DNA from: an uncultured Lachnobacterium sp.
Lineage (GTDB): Bacteria; Bacillota; Clostridia; Lachnospirales; Lachnospiraceae
Assembly: GCA_900552085.1 (NCBI GenBank)
Contig: URYB01000001.1
Location: forward strand, 1-60,413
Length of the DNA: 60,413 bases
Direction of reading: 5' to 3'
The notes beneath the pieces were generated by a model that had not been told where the DNA came from, made no database searches, and saw nothing but the letters and a program-made list of their open reading frames with translations. Position numbers and translations under genes: made by a program. Positions 59,809 to 60,413 of this stretch are shown in pieces (the stretch's first letter is position 1; each line of letters begins with the position of its first letter).

Positions 59809-59907
59809 AAAGTGTGCGACAAGCGCACACTTTCGCGCCCGAGTGGATGCGTAACGTAATTTTCTGCTCCGCGCGGTGCGCACCTTTGCAAGTTTGGTTG
59901 CTTTTTT
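59809..59907 (+). other. GC-rich multi-hairpin element downstream of trmB
   Basis: aaagtgtgcg/cgcacacttt; cgcgc..gagtgga/tctgctc..gcgcg; ggtgcgcacc palindrome; gcaa/ttgc plus T-run. Confidence 0.5.
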
Positions 59908-59979
59908 AAATAATCGATGTCTGTAATTTATATACTGACTCGCAGGCATCATTTCCATAACTTCGAATTAGTCAGCTCA

Positions 59980-59995
59980 ATAAACTTGAAGTTAT
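59980..59995 (-). repeat. 16-bp cassette-boundary-like site, copy A
   Basis: ATAACTTCAAGTTTAT on the minus strand overlaps the stop of the 85-aa ORF; 13/16 identical to 60307-60322. Confidence 0.45.
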
Positions 59996-60249
59996 AGCTT
60001 TGACGCTATCATATCTCTATAGGCTACATTAATACACTCCTGCAGATCATCAAATTCACGTGATTCACTAACATTGTTCAGACGAATATAATACCAATTT
60101 CCTTTTGAATTTTTAAGAATGGTTACCCAAGCGCCACCGTTCGTATACAAATCATACCTAAAGGATTCTCTCCCCATTAATTGAACCTTTCCAGAATAAT
60201 CGGGAAATTTTACACCAAATTTCGTTTCAATCTCTTTGTAGTTTATCAT
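59992..60249 (-). CDS. Hypothetical 85-aa protein, AT-rich
   Basis: RBS gaggt 4 nt before ATG; no recognisable motif. Confidence 0.65.
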   Translation of the reverse strand: MINYKEIETKFGVKFPDYSGKVQLMGRESFRYDLYTNGGAWVTILKNSKGNWYYIRLNNVSESREFDDLQECINVAYRDMIASKL

Positions 60250-60278
60250 TATTACCTCGTCCTATCATACCTTGACGC

Positions 60279-60413
60279 TCAAAAATGAAACCTTCTTAAT
60301 TCCATTACAAACTGGAATTTATCTATTAACTCTCTTAACTTTCCCCTATTTTCAAGGTTTCCCGCCATTGAAAATTCTATATATGTATCCTTTTCCCTTG
60401 TTTTTGCCCTTAT
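60279..60413 (-). CDS. Partial hypothetical ORF (3' end only)
   Basis: Only open minus-strand frame from the window edge: IRAKTREK...ELIDKFQFVMELRRFHF*. Confidence 0.45.
   Translation of the reverse strand: MRAKTREKDTYIEFSMAGNLENRGKLRELIDKFQFVMELRRFHF
60307..60322 (-). repeat. 16-bp cassette-boundary-like site, copy B
   Basis: ATAAATTCCAGTTTGT on the minus strand, near the 3' end of the partial ORF. Confidence 0.45.

Noticed and set aside
59957..59995. loxP-like site (ATAACTTCG...GAAGTTAT)
   Set aside because: Only 8-9 bp of each arm match and the spacing differs from the 34-bp loxP; better explained as inverted copies of the local 16-bp motif

Overview
A chromosomal segment from a motile, spore-forming Clostridia-class bacterium; the gene repertoire is Lachnospiraceae-like (inferred, not searched). 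Most of it is core housekeeping genes: lysS-greA-dusB-coaX-birA-argF, murG, mecA, glgB, an aconitase-like hydratase, a two-component system, an orphan Hsp70, the yaaO/gmk/yaaR/holB/yaaT/trmN6 cluster, a DD-carboxypeptidase and trmB. It also carries a Flp/Tad type IVb pilus operon whose 55-aa major pilin is missing from the ORF track, and a flagellin-fliS pair with a sigma28 promoter and CsrA-type hairpins. An intact IS1202-like element (1752 bp, 27-bp target duplication) sits upstream of an atypical Ser/Thr kinase and ParA-like gene pair. Both ends of the window run into accessory DNA. At the left end, downstream of lysS and next to integrase att-like sequences, is an array of at least 2.3 copies of a ~110-nt two-hairpin non-coding element with compensatory base changes; this is the strongest candidate for an undescribed system. 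At the right end, after trmB and a GC-rich multi-hairpin element, AT-rich small ORFs end at a shared 16-bp site, suggesting a gene-cassette array. Other oddities: an AbiEi/AbiEii-like pair whose toxin lacks catalytic motifs inside a housekeeping operon, an in-frame TGA in the yaaO-like decarboxylase, and two likely non-ATG starts. All family calls come from motif recognition; no database search was run.
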